Below, in pieces: positions 24,822-37,015 of a DNA stretch of 64,000 nucleotides. Below the pieces are notes generated by a model, which saw only the letters and a list, made by a program, of their open reading frames with translations, did not search any database and was not told where the DNA came from. Positions within the stretch are counted from its first letter, which is position 1; each line of letters begins with the position of its first letter. Both the position numbers and the translations under genes were made by a program. The DNA is taken from assembly GCA_958009085.1 (NCBI GenBank), contig OY253682.1, positions 62,001 to 126,000 on the forward strand, given 5' to 3'. Origin of the DNA: Protoeuglena noctilucae (Eukaryota).

Positions 24822-26996
24822 ATGGGGTGCTGTTCGAGCCGTGTCGCAGATGCACAGCGAGATGTCCGCCCCAACAACAGGGCCGTTGTGCCGGCTGAAC
24901 GGTACGCCCCTGCAGGTGAGTGGGGGTGCGTGCGGCAGTGTTATCGTGTAATCGTTGCGAGGGCGTCCGTAGCCGGGGGTTATACAGTCGGCAGTGCGAG
25001 GGCCGCGGGCAGCTTTTAGGGGGGGGCAGGGGGCGGGCAACGCGCGCGCGAAGGGCCCCGTTTAGACGATGGAGGAGATGCTTAGGTGTGCGGTGGCGTG
25101 GCTTTGCGGGCCGGGCCCGGGCGCGGGCGGCCGGGGTCACGGGGTCACACGCATCGTGCTCCGGCGTGGCCGCCGCGTGGGGGCTTTTCCCGGGCCCTCG
25201 GGCCCGGCGTTGCAGCGGATAGACCGTTTTGCGCGCTGAGAGGCTACCCTGGTGGCCGGGCGGCGGCCGGATAAGAGCGGGGGCAGGATGGTCTTCGCTG
25301 CATGCACTGAAAAACTGGGACCCACTGCGGAGGCGGAGGCTACTGGCCCTGTAGGTCCGGCACGTTCTTGGACTGGCGGCGACGAGTCTGTCTTTGTTGC
25401 GTTCGCAGTCGTCGTCGTGGAGCTCGGAGCGCGGAACGCGGGGGATGCCCAAACGCCCGCGACTCGGTCCGTGAGAGACCTGCCTCGCGTAATTCCCGAG
25501 GGTGTGGTCGACATCGAGGTGCGTGCGAGCGCTCATTGCATGCCACGCCTGACTGCCTGGCGTCCTGATTCGCATCGAGCTGTTCATGCCCAGCCGCACA
25601 CTTCGGCGCAGGCCCAGCGACCGCAGCAAACTGGGTCACTCGCGGACCGTCGCGCGGAATACTCCGTGCCGAGAGTCCTCGCGTCCACCGAGCATGTGGG
25701 AGATCGGAGCAGCCGCGTCGCAGGGGCACAGCCAGATGCCCGGCCCAACATCAGGGCCGCCGCACCAGCCGAAGTGCAAGCCCCTGTCGGTGAGTGGGGG
25801 TGTGCGTGCGGCAGTGTAATCGTGTAACTGTTCCGTGGGGAGGGCGTACGTAGCTGGGGGGCCTGCCTTGGCAGGGCGAGGGCCGTGAGCAGCGTTGGGG
25901 CGGGGCGCTGGGGGCGGGCAGCGCGTGGAGGCAGAGGCTCTCTCTGCTACCGGCCCTGCCAGTCCGGCACGTTTGCGAGCTTGCGGTGACAAGACTATCT
26001 CTCTGTTGCGATCGCAGTCGTCGCCGTGGGGCTCGGAGCGCAGGGCGCGGGGGCGTCGACGTCTCGGACGTCTACGCGGAAAAGGGGGAAGAGGAGTCGA
26101 GAGGCCCCCAGTGACCGGCCTCGCGGAATCCCCGAGGGTCTGGCCGACATCGAGGTGCGTGCAAGCGCTCATGGCATGCCACGAAGCTGCTTGCGGTTCT
26201 CGGTGCCACGCCGGGCGTCCCGATTCGCATCGAGCTGATGCCCAGCCAGCCGCACACTTCAGCTAAGGCCCTGCGTCCGCAGATTGACCAGATTACGGAA
26301 AATCGCGCTGAAACCTTCGTGCGGTGCGTCTCAGCACTCATCGAGAAAAAAGGAAAGTGGAGAAAGGTGCCGAAGAGGTTTAAATTGCCCAAAGCACACC
26401 TGTTTCTCCATCGCGGGGATGAGGTCCTGCTGGTCAAGCAAAGAAAGAGTGGCAAGCTCGGACTTCCCAAGGGCGGCTTGCAGGCCGACATCCACGACCG
26501 CGAGAGTCAGGCTTGTGCAAGCGCGACCTCGGCGCAGCTGCCCTATGTCCGCGGCGTCCGCATCGACAGATACAGAGATCTGCATAGCATGTCCGAGCAA
26601 CTCAGGAACGATCCTGACGATCGACTTCGCTTCTTAAAGGAGTGGGTGCACTGTTGCGTGAGGGTCATGGTGGCTGTGGAGTTGTGGGAGGAGACGGGGC
26701 TCACGTTTGCAGATCTAAAGGGGCCCATGACCCTTGTGTGGAGGGGCTGGGGCGTGGGGTTCACCGCGAGGGTGCGTAAAGGGGCAGTGAGCCAGCCCCA
26801 GGACCTCAATGAGATCGACTCTGCGCAGTGGAGGACCCGATCGGCCATACCAGGAATGCCGCGTGAGAACTTCAACAACATGTTCCACCGCGTCTACCGC
26901 GCGCTGTCCGGGCTGTGCCCCGTCACGCTCCACGACCATGGCCAGGGCTCAGGGTCCGTTGCGGTTGACGACGGCCTCATGGAGGTGGACGGGTAA
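24822..26996 (+). CDS. Predicted N-myristoylated/palmitoylated protein with duplicated N-terminal repeat and divergent Nudix hydrolase domain (exons 24822-24915, 25409-25518, 25627-25789, 26018-26154, 26283-26996)
   Basis: All four GT-AG introns are phase-compatible. Starts MGCCSSR. Last exon has VLLVKQRKSGKLGLPKGG ... VELWEETGL ... NEIDSAQW, which are Nudix-fold elements. Confidence 0.7.
24836..26282 (+). repeat. Diverged tandem duplication of an exon-intron-exon-intron block (about 24836-25626 vs 25709-26282)
   Basis: Shared strings such as GTGAGTGGGGGTG(TG)CGTGCGGCAGTGT.ATCGTGTAA, GTCCGGCACGTT, CCCGAGGGT.TGG.CGACATCGAGGTGCGTGC.AGCGCTCAT and GATTCGCATCGAGCTG occur in the same order in both copies. 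Confidence 0.88.
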
Positions 26997-27067
26997 AGGG
27001 CTAACTACTAGTGACCCGCCAAGCTTGAACGATGATCCGAATACGCGTATTGCTGTCCACGCATCAA

Positions 27068-29945
27068 TCATGCAAAGGAGCTGGACACTACTACGCCGCC
27101 GGCCCCTCTCCCGCCGTCGTGCCGCGGCCATACCCGACTTTCGTGCTCTGCTGCCTCCTGGCAGCTGCTCCTCTCTCGGAGCGGATCTCCTGCGAATGAG
27201 ACGAACACAGGGTGCTTGTCATCTGCATTTCCACATCTCAGCAGGAGATAAACATGGGCCACTGTGTGCGACCCCCCCCACAAGCATTGAAACACGATCA
27301 AAGCACGGCCCCTCGCCTCCGCCATCTCTCGGACGTGCTTTCGGAGCTTGCGCATGCGGGTGTTGGTGAACCAATCCGACACTTGCTTCGTGGTGAGCCC
27401 GCAGCACCGCCCCAGCATCGCCTTCTGCTCTGCGGTGTGAACCATCAAAGAGAGAGCCATCGATGCAACCCAGCTGGCACTGACGGGACCGCAAATCTCA
27501 CGCACATGGGCAGCATACTGAACATGTTACCCCAGGCGGGTGGCTATGCAGCATGGCACCTACACAGTAAGGCCCACGAATGGCGCACTACTAGTACTGC
27601 ATGCAGCCATCGGGGCCCTCACCCAATGAAGGGACAGGGTTCAGGAAGTGCATCCAGAACCACTCGGTCAGGACGTCCTTTGGCTCCGGCAGCGTCTTGG
27701 CCCTCCTGCGCCAGAACGCCTCGTCAGAGCTGAGGTTGCTGGCGGTCTTCGACTCCAGTTCCATCACCGGCAATGCGAGGGCCCTGCATCCGGGAACCAG
27801 GGTGCATGATCGTCACCGTCAGTTGCGGCAGGGGGAGCAGGGTGTGTGGACACTGGCCCATAGGCCGCATTACACTGTGGCTGCCGAGCGCCACAACACG
27901 TCCTCAGTCTCTCGCCTGAGCGCCTTTCTCCGCAGGGCGAGGAACTGCTCGCTCGACCACTGCTGTGCGGTGCGGATGGGACCCCTGGCTTCCTTGTCAC
28001 CGCTCTGCAGGGCGCCTGCAGAGACGGGCTGTGTGTCGCCAGCCGGGGCCGCCAGCGCTGCACCCTGCCAGGCCCCACGCAAGGCTTCGCGGATGCGCTC
28101 GTGCTCGGCGTCGAGCTTGGCCAGGAACTCCGCCAGTTGGGCCTGCGTGCGCGTGCCGCTCAACCCATCTCAGGTCAAGTCACATGGGCCGGGGCAGCAC
28201 AGACACACAAAATAGAGGACAGTGACGGCAGCACGGGTGTGCGAGCGCTGGAGGGGCTGTGCATCATTGCATTCAAGTGCCCGCCCCACCTTCTGTTCTG
28301 CCGTGATGGGGTGCAGGTCCCGGGCGAGCTCTGCGGGGTTATCCAGCGCCAATGGCATCTCAAACGGGGCTGCCTCTCCTGCCGCCCCATCGCCCTCGCT
28401 CTTGTCGCCGTCCACCAGCTCGCCCAGCACGCTCGCGATGGCCGCCGCCACCTGCGTGCCAGGCACGGGTACGCAGGCTGAACTGCGCGTCGACAGAGGC
28501 TCAGTGTTGTTGACGCTGCTGTGTTGCTTGCAATATGATAAAGGATTGCTATTCCCACCCTTTACTTCACTACCCACGCCCCGCTCGCACACAGCCCAGC
28601 GCGCGTCGCCGGCTCGCTCGCCTCCCGCTCGAGCCTGGCCCTGTGGCCCCCGTCGCCCTCCACGCTCCTCTCTCCCCCCGCGAGCGTCGCGTCGTCACTC
28701 TCGGATGCCGTCTTTCCCTCCTTGTCCTCTGCATCGAGGTCGCCCTTGAGCCACCACGAGCGGTCCAGGCCCGGCAAGCCACATGCCACGCCGCGCCTGC
28801 CGGTCGGCACCTCCACCAGCATCGGCGGGGCGCCCGCGCTGCTCCACACGCCCGCGCCCTCGCGCTTGCTCGAGTCGCTGCTGGTGTGGAGGGCGCTGAG
28901 GCTGGCGGCCCGGTCCAGCACCGCGGCATCGACGTCCCCAAGGCCATGGAGACTCGACATCGCCAGTGACCACAGCGAGTCGTGATCGACGTCGTGCGCC
29001 GCCCAGGCGCCCCACGACCCCGTCACGCCGCTCTTCGTGACGCCGGCGGGGCGGGCCGTCCCAGCGCCAGTGCCGGGGCGGACGGTCGAGGCCAGGTGAG
29101 CAAGCGAGTCGGGCTGAGGGGGCAAGTTGTTTGAAGAGAGTGACGGGGCAGCGGTTGGTGCATGCCAGGCAGGGTGAGCCGATTGAGATGGACGAGTCGC
29201 AGGCGAGTGCGAGCGGTGGCACCTTTGGGTCAGCGTTAGGCGCAAACGGGAGCGGCGCAGGTGCGCCGCCGTTTGCTTGTATGAGAACAGTGCCGGACGG
29301 TGTCGGCATGCCCGGGGCTGACCCAACCGCTCCCTTGGCAGGGCCTGCAAATCCTGAGAGTGGCGACAATTAATGGAGGGTTTCGGGGCCCGTGAGGGAA
29401 AGCTCGACACGCCGCGAGGGCATTGTGTGCGAGCTTGTGCACAGGCGCCACGCTTACCGTTGCTGTAGAAGATGGCGGCCAGTTTGGCGTGGTATTCAGA
29501 GACCTCAGAGGCGACCGACGCAGTGGAGCGGTTGAGGGCCAGGCCCTTGGGGTTCGGAAGCCATGGAGTCTGGGCCCCGGAGCCTGGCGGGAGGCGGGAG
29601 GTGGACTGGACGGCGCTGAGGGTGGAGCCACTGTTGAGCAGCCAGCTGAGGGAGAGTTCGTCTGCGCAGCGGTGGGCACCGGGGAGATTGAGGGATGATA
29701 TAGGTACCCAGCAGATATAGAAAGCGGCTTTTCTTACAGTAACAAGAGATAGAATGAAGTACGCAGCAGCCAGGCGCCTGCGTTGCAAGCGAGAGCGGCT
29801 GAGGGAACGATGCGGCACCTGTGCTCTGGTCGCCAGGCAGCGACTCCGCCATCGTCCGGTCTATGCCGTCGGTGTCGGGTGGCCGATTTGAATCGCCGCG
29901 TTCGCCAGATGCTCGATGACCGGGCGCTGGCGCTGGCGGGTGCAT
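27068..29945 (-). CDS. TALE-class homeodomain transcription factor, BELL/GSP1-like; about 9 exons, stop at 27091 or 27068 depending on the last intron
   Basis: Splicing intron 27430-27622 gives RRRAKTLPEPKDVLTEWFWMHFLNPVPSLEQKAMLGRCCGLTTKQVSDWFTNTRMRK, a homeodomain with the three-residue loop extension. Upstream exons (29945-29819, 29662-29458, 29354-29223, 29114-28622, 28451-28290, 28142-27916, 27783-27623; approximate) are phase-compatible. Confidence 0.85.
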
Positions 29946-30763
29946 GGACAACACGAAGGCGAGGTTCTGCGGGGAGAAACGGGGATTTCCATGGTAACAA
30001 ACGGACGAGAAACGTACGCGCTGCTTCACACAGTATGTGAGCGAAGCATGCGGCCTCGCCTCAGCGTACAGCCGTCGCCCGCCCTTGTCCTTCCCCGTGC
30101 TCGGCTCGCCCCGCCCCCGCCCTTCCCCCGCGGCCCTTGCTCCCGCGGACCCTGTGAGGGCAGAGTGTACCATCACCCGTGGATACTGCCGGAAGCGCTG
30201 CGTGAATGAGTGCCATGATTGGCGCGCGCAGGCCGGGTTCCATCCAACCGTCTAAGCCCCCACACCGTTCTGAGGAGGCGTCTTCGGCATGTCCCGTGCC
30301 CGCAGTCGAAGCTTAAATGCTACGTGATTCCTGTCCGTGGTGTGGCGAGGCGCGTCGCTGTCCCAGCGCGACAGGCGGGGGCTTGGAAGACGAGAGGTCG
30401 ATTGCCCAATTTTCTCAGTGAGCACCTGCTTTGACCGACCGCACGGCTGATTAAGCATAATGATGGCCATTGCGCTGATGTTTGCCGCGTTATACAGAAG
30501 TTCGATCGATGGAAGCGGGCAATCCCGAGTCCGACACACGGGCGAAGGGTTTTTCGGCGAGAAGGAGAGCCGCTGCAGGGCGCTTTCACGCGATCACGCT
30601 CGATGGGGACACGACAGCAGGGGGTGCGCTCCAGCTCCCCTCGCGCTACGTCCCAAAGCTGCCATCTCGAAGGAAGAAAGGAGCCTGCAACCTCAATTGT
30701 TCCCAACATTCATCCGTTCATGCGTAGGCTCCGTTGCGTGGCTCCGTTGCGTCCCCCTTTGCA

Positions 30764-33700
30764 ATGCTGGGGTCGGTGATAGAGGCTTACCTGGCGAGGG
30801 TGGGTTTGGTGGACCACCATGCGCACAGGTGAGGGCTCACTGGAGCGCGGACGCGCCCCGCCGCCTCATCTGCCGCGGCCGCGCGGAGGAAGTGGGCCGC
30901 CCAGCGTGGTCGGTTCGGCGGGGAGGCCGCGCGGGCCTGAAGGGGGGATGGCCCGCGTGTTCGCCGCAGCCTTGCAACGGAGGAGGCGTGGGGGGACATT
31001 TCGCTCGAGTCTGTGATGACGGAGGCCAGAGGGTGAGCTACCTGGCGACGCGCCACTGTGACGAGAGAGCCCGCGTGTCGCGACCGTGCGCGGGCCGCGC
31101 CTCGCCACTCTCTCAGCCACGATCCGCCTCGGATGGCGTCCGGGGAGCCGCATGCGCCCACCTCCCGCTGCAGGACTGCGCTTTTGGTCCAGGCGTCGTC
31201 CGTTCCAGCACAGACGAGGGCGCGCAGGATTTTGCAATTGCTGTACGGCGTTCAGGACCCCGATGATCTTGACGACTGCCGCGCGCGTCTCGGGCTCGTC
31301 GGGACGGCGCGCAAGGTGGGGGGCACAGCGTGCAATCAATCGCCCATGCCACCTCCGCCGCCGCGTTTGCGGGCGCGCGCTCGCCCCGGCCGGCCGAGCA
31401 TTTGCATTTTCCCTTCTCCATCGCAGTGTTTTGAGGGTCAATCGGTCCGCGCGCTGTTCGTCGACGACGGCGTTCCGAGCCCAAAGCTCCGGCCGCTGTC
31501 CGCCGTGGCGTCGCTCCTGCCAGCCGGAATCCCCGTCCACCGCATCGTGCGGGCTGAGGACGTCCTCGAGCAGATCCTGACGCTCTGCAGAGCCGTGGTC
31601 GTCGCCCAGACGGACGCCGCCCAGCAGGCGCGCTCGCCCCCGGCCCCTCTCCCGATGCCGCCGATGGTGCCGCCCGTGCCGCCCCCTCCGCCCCCGCCCC
31701 CGCCCCGCAAGATCAGCTCGCACCCGACCGCCACCTTCGCGCACTCGAGCGTCGCCGCCACGATGGCCGCCGCCAACGCCGGGCGCTTCTGGTCCGAGCC
31801 GGGGGAGCTCCGCCCCGCTCTGTCGATGCAGAGCAGCGCCAGCGCCCGCGCCCTCACCACCCCCGCGTTCGCGGCCCACTCCCCCGCCTCGGCTCTCGCG
31901 CGCGCCCTGGGCCCCGCGTGCGTTGACGCCGTCTCCGCCCTCTGCGCCCACGCGGCGCTGCTCCCCAGCGGCGCCGTGTCGCTGCCCGTCACGGCTGCCA
32001 CCCTCACGCTGCTGGGGCAGGCCCTGGCGGCGGCGGTGGACGCCGCCGTCGACGCCGGGGCCGTCGCCGTGAAGCTCGCGACGGCCTACCGCGCCCCCAA
32101 GGGCCTGGCCGTGCGTCCCAGGGAAGAAGCCGAGGCGGCGGCCAGGGCATCCGATGATCTGCTGGTCGGCCCCGGGGAGATGAGGCTCGCGGGGCACCCC
32201 ATCCTGGAGTGGCTCGGTAAGAGACGAGGATTGGGTGGTGATCATTGTCACAGTTAACACCGTGTTGGCGGCCTAGTGGTGCGGTCCTTCGTGTAACAAC
32301 TGAGCGACCCTTCATACGCCACCCTTCACCCCCCCCCCCGCAGTGCACCAGGCCACCCCACCCATCCCACCCATCACTCACCCCCACCCTTGATACCCCC
32401 CTCCCATCGCAGTGTACCAGGCCATCGAGGCCGCCGCGTCGTTAAAGGTCCCCGTGCAGGTCCACACGGGCTTCGGCGACGTGGACCTGCGGCTGGACCA
32501 GTCCAACCCGCTGCTCTTCCTGGAGGCGATTCGATTCGCCGACCAACGGGGCGTGCCCCTGGTGCTCCTCCACACCTCGTATCCCTTCTGCCGGGAGGCG
32601 TCGTTCCTCTGCGCCAACTACGCCTGCATCCACCTCGACCTCTCCCTCGCCATCCCGCTCCTGTCGTGGGCGGGCATGACCGAGGCCGTCGCGCAGTGCA
32701 TGCACCTCGCGCCCATCTGGTGCGTGCCCGTGCGACTGGGCGTGCGGTGGTGCTCGTGCATTGGCATATGCGTGGTAGTGTGTGTGTGCATGCGGGTCAC
32801 GACAGGTGTGGGCGTGTGTGTGCATGCGGGTCATTGCGCTCGTGCGTGTGTACCCATGCTTGCTCCCCTTGCCCTCGCAGCAAGGTCATGATGTCCACAG
32901 ACGGCCACACCCTGCCCGAGATGTTCTTCCTGGCCATGGCGTGCGGGAGGCGCGTCCTGGCCGACGTGTTAGCAGACATGGTCGAGGGGTGAGGGGCGCA
33001 TACGTGTGTGTGTGCGTGCGTGTGTGCGTGATGGGGCATGTGGCAGACTGATGCTGAATGGCAGGGTCGAGGGGTGAGGGTGCATGTCAGACTGGGTGCA
33101 TCTGACCATTGGCCCACCCAGCTGGCCACCACCGCCATAGCCCAACTCTCTTCCCTCCCTTCTCCCCCAGGGGCGACCTGGGTGCCGAGCAGGCATTGCA
33201 GCTGGCGGCGGACGTGTTTGTCAACAACGCAGCCAGGCTGTACTCTGCCGCGCACCTGCAGCCGGCACCGACGCCCACCGACGACGACAGGGCTGCCGCG
33301 GGTGCGTGTTTGTGTACTGGCATCTGACTGTGCGTGCGTGTGTGACATGGCACCTGCCTTTCATTGTTACTCTCAAGGGGCACTCGCATGCACTTGGCAC
33401 CAACACAGCCGCGGTCTCTCGCCATCCCTCACAGTCACTATCCCCCCTTACTTCACCTGCAAGCATCTCGCTTCCTACAGCCATCCTTCACGACCACTAC
33501 CCCCCCTTCACCCAACACCAACTGCCCAGCATCTCCCGTTTCCTGCAGTGGCGCTGGCGTCAGAGTCCCGCGTCCGCCTGGCCACGCTGGTCCGTCCCGG
33601 CGACAGCGCGACGCTGCGGTCGATGCCCATGCGGTGGCCCGTGCCGTCCATTGACTCTGAGGTCGGGGGATCGGGGCAGGTGCTGATGGCCGAGCGGCAG

Positions 33701-36700
33701 ATGGGGCGCATGAGCGGGGTGCGGATGGTGCGGCTGGTGTGGTGAGTGGGGGAGAGGGGCAGATGGGTGCGGATGGCGTGTGGTGGTGTGGCGAGCGTGA
33801 AAAAGAGAGGCCGTGCTTGTTCACGCCACGCTCCCTCACCGTCGCCTCTCTGCACCTTTTTCACCCCACTCGCACCTCCACCCCTCACCCCCTCCATCTG
33901 ACCCCATCACCCCCTTAGTCGCGAACCCCCACGATGCAACCACCCTTTCTGGTACTCTATACGGATACTAACACTCGTACCCACTCACCAACGCACTCAC
34001 CCCCCTCCCAACCCCCCAGGTCCGACTCCGCGGGCGTCCGCCGCTGCCGCGTCGTCACCACGGCGTCCTTCCTCTCCTCCGCCGTCGCCTACGGCCTGGG
34101 CCTCACCGAGGGCTGCATGGGGATGCCCCACCACCGCGACGGCGTGGTGGCCGCCTCTGGTCTCTCGACAGTCGGAGAGGTGCGGCTCACCCCGGACGTC
34201 TCCACGATGCGGCAGCTGCCCTGGATGCCCTCCCACGCCGTCGCCCTCTGTGACCTGCGCCGTGATGGGAGGCCGTGGGAGTGCTGCCCACGCACCGCGC
34301 TCAAGGCGGCGCTGAGGTCCCTGCGCACGGCCCACGCGGGGCTGGAGGTGCTCGTGGGATCGGAACTGGAGTTCCAGCTGTTCAGGAGGGCCGGAGCGGG
34401 GGAGCGGGGGGTGGGGGCGGGCGGGGCGGGCGGGGCGGAGGGGGTGGAGGGGGCGGGTGGCAGCGGGGAGGCGTGGGTGCCGGTGGATTGGAACGGGTAC
34501 TGCAGCACGGCAGCCGTGGAGGTGAGGGGCGTGGGTGGTCGATGTTCACCCAAGCCATGCCGTGTCACCTCACTCCCTCTCTCTCACCCTCTCGTCGCAA
34601 CATCTAGTATGTATATACTATGCATCTCACCACACCCATTTCCTTCCCCTCCCCCTCCCCCCCCAGTCCCAAGCCCCCTTCCTCTTCACCCCATCCATCC
34701 AACCCCTCGCACCCTCCCCCCCAGTCGCAAGCCCCCTTCATCTACACCCTGCTACTATCAATCCAACCCATCTCCCCCCCCTTCCCCCCAGTCCCAAGCC
34801 CCCTTCCTGAACGCCGTGGCTGATGGTCTCAAGGAGGTGGGGGTGCCGGTGCTGCAGATGCACGCAGAGAGCGCCCCGGGGCAATTCGAGGTCGTGCTGG
34901 GGCACCTGCCGGCACTGGAAGGTGAGGGAGAGAGAGGCATGACATAGGCGGGTGGGGTGAGAGAGGAGCGGGGGCGGGGAGAGGGGCAGCTTGACGGCGC
35001 TCTGCACACCACCCCTCAACCACGCGCATCCACCCACCCCCCACACCTCCACCTAACCACACCCGCAGCCGCCGACGCCCTCATTCTGGCGCGCGAGGTC
35101 ATTGCCGGGTGCGCCAGTCAGCGCGGCATGCAGGCGTCGTTCCTGCCCAAGACAGCGCGCGAGTGGGCGGGCAACGCCTCCCACCTCCACCTCTCCCTGC
35201 AAAGGGGGGGGCAGCCGGTCATGGCGGGAGGGGCGCCCTGGGAGATACGGCCCGAGGCAGAACAGGTGGGGAGAATTTATATGTAAATATGTAATTGGAG
35301 TTCATGCGTGGTGTTGAGTATGTGTGGGGAGTGTGTGTGGTCATAGCAGTGACAGCGTAGTGCCCTGGGAGATGCGACCCGAGGCGGAGCAGGTGGGGAG
35401 TGTATGCGTGGGTAGTACATGGATGGTTGGGATAGATGTTGGGAGTGTGAGCGGTGTGAGCGTCCCTCACCTCACCCTCACCTCACCTCACCTCACCTCA
35501 CCTCATCTCACCTCATCTCTCCCCTCACCTCTCGCCCCTCATCTCATCTCCATTCACCTCATCTCAATCCCCCCTCACACCCCCTGCAGTTCTTCGCGGG
35601 CATCTTCCACCGCATCTCCTCACCTCACATCCATTCACCTCAACTTTTATCACCTCACCTCCTCACTCGTCTCATCTCATCTCATCTCCCCCGCAGTTCT
35701 TCGCCGGCATCTTCCACCGCATCCCCGCCCTCTCCGCATTCACGGCCCCTTCTGCTGCCAGCCGCGAGCGCGTCAAGCCGGGGGCGTGGGCGGGGGCCTA
35801 CCACATATGGGTGAGCATAGCGTGGCATGGCATGGCTGTGTGGGTCATAGCACATGGTGAATGAGCCTGCCACATATGGGTGAGTGGCATGATGGTGTGT
35901 GGTCAAACCATATCATAGTGAATGAGCCTACCACATATGGGTGAATGGCATGGCGTGGCATGGCATGACGTGTGGGGAATACCGCATAGCAAATGGCTTC
36001 CATAATTGGCAGAACAGCGCAGCAACCCTTGATGACTGTGACTCTCACCAACCCCACCCACTCCACCCCACCTCCCCCCCCCAGGGCTGGCAGAACAAGG
36101 AGGCGCCCCTGCGCGCGTGCGGCACGCCCCACAACCCCGCGGCACTCCGAGACTTCGAGTACAAGCTCAGCGACGCCACCGCCAACGCACACCTTGCCAT
36201 CGCGGCGCTGGTCGCCTGCGGGGCGGCGGGGCTGGCGGGCAGGGAGACCCTGCCGCCGCCCACCGCCTACGACCCCTCCGCGACCGACGGGGGAGCAAAC
36301 CCAAACCATAATTCGAATTTGGACCCAAACTCGCAGCAGTCGCCACAGCGGCTGCGGGTGCTGCCCCAGACGGCGGCGGAGGTGGAGGCGGCGCTGGTGG
36401 AGGGCGTGGGGGGGCGGACACTGCCGGCGGTGGTGGGGAGCGTGGTGGGGGAGCGGCTGGTGGGGGCGTACCTGGGTGAGTGGCATGGGGTGTTGGTGAG
36501 GGGTGGGCATGCGTGGGGTAATGGGCATATAGAGCGCTTGGCAGTCGCAGAGTCGCAGCGTGCATTGCCTCAGTTCTCAGCTCTCTCCACCCCAGAACAT
36601 CACCGATTGCCATTCCCAGTTCCCACCTGGCCCACGCACCCTCCCCTCCCCGCAGCCGTCAAGCGCGCCGAGTGGGCGGCCACGGAGGGTCTGCCCTTCG

Positions 36701-36735
36701 ATTCCCAGGTCCGCCGCTTCCTTTTCACCTTCTGA
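30764..36735 (+). CDS. NodGS/FluG-like fusion: N-terminal amidohydrolase plus C-terminal glutamine synthetase I-like domain; multi-exon
   Basis: LVDHHAH metal motif, RALFVDDG, PVQVHTGFGDVDLRLDQSNP, VLLHTSYPFCREA, KVMMSTDG. Then the GS-like domain: GEVRLTPD, GSELEFQL, HAESAPGQFEV, GNASHLHLSL, NKEAPLR, FEYKLSDATANAHL. Confidence 0.92.
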
Positions 36736-36971
36736 GACGCCCGACTGGGATGCAGCGTCATCGACATCGGACACCCCACATGATGTCACGGTTCACCCGG
36801 GCCCCAGCACCAAAAACACCGCGTTGTACCACTCGCACGACGCAACCATCATGTGACGCGACGCCCCACCAACGCACGTCATACACCGCAAAGCAACGCC
36901 CCAGCACCCGTCGCGCGGCCTCCCAGCACCGCCGCCCCGCCGGGCGCACCTCCCACGGCGCAAGCAACGCC

Positions 36972-37015
36972 CCAGCACAGCACAGCACAGCACAGCACAG
37001 CACAGCACAGCACAG
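36972..37015 (+). repeat. (CAGCA)n microsatellite (reverse complement of the GCTGT repeat), followed by degenerate CAGCACTG units to about 37130
   Basis: Tandem CAGCA units visible directly. Confidence 0.85.
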
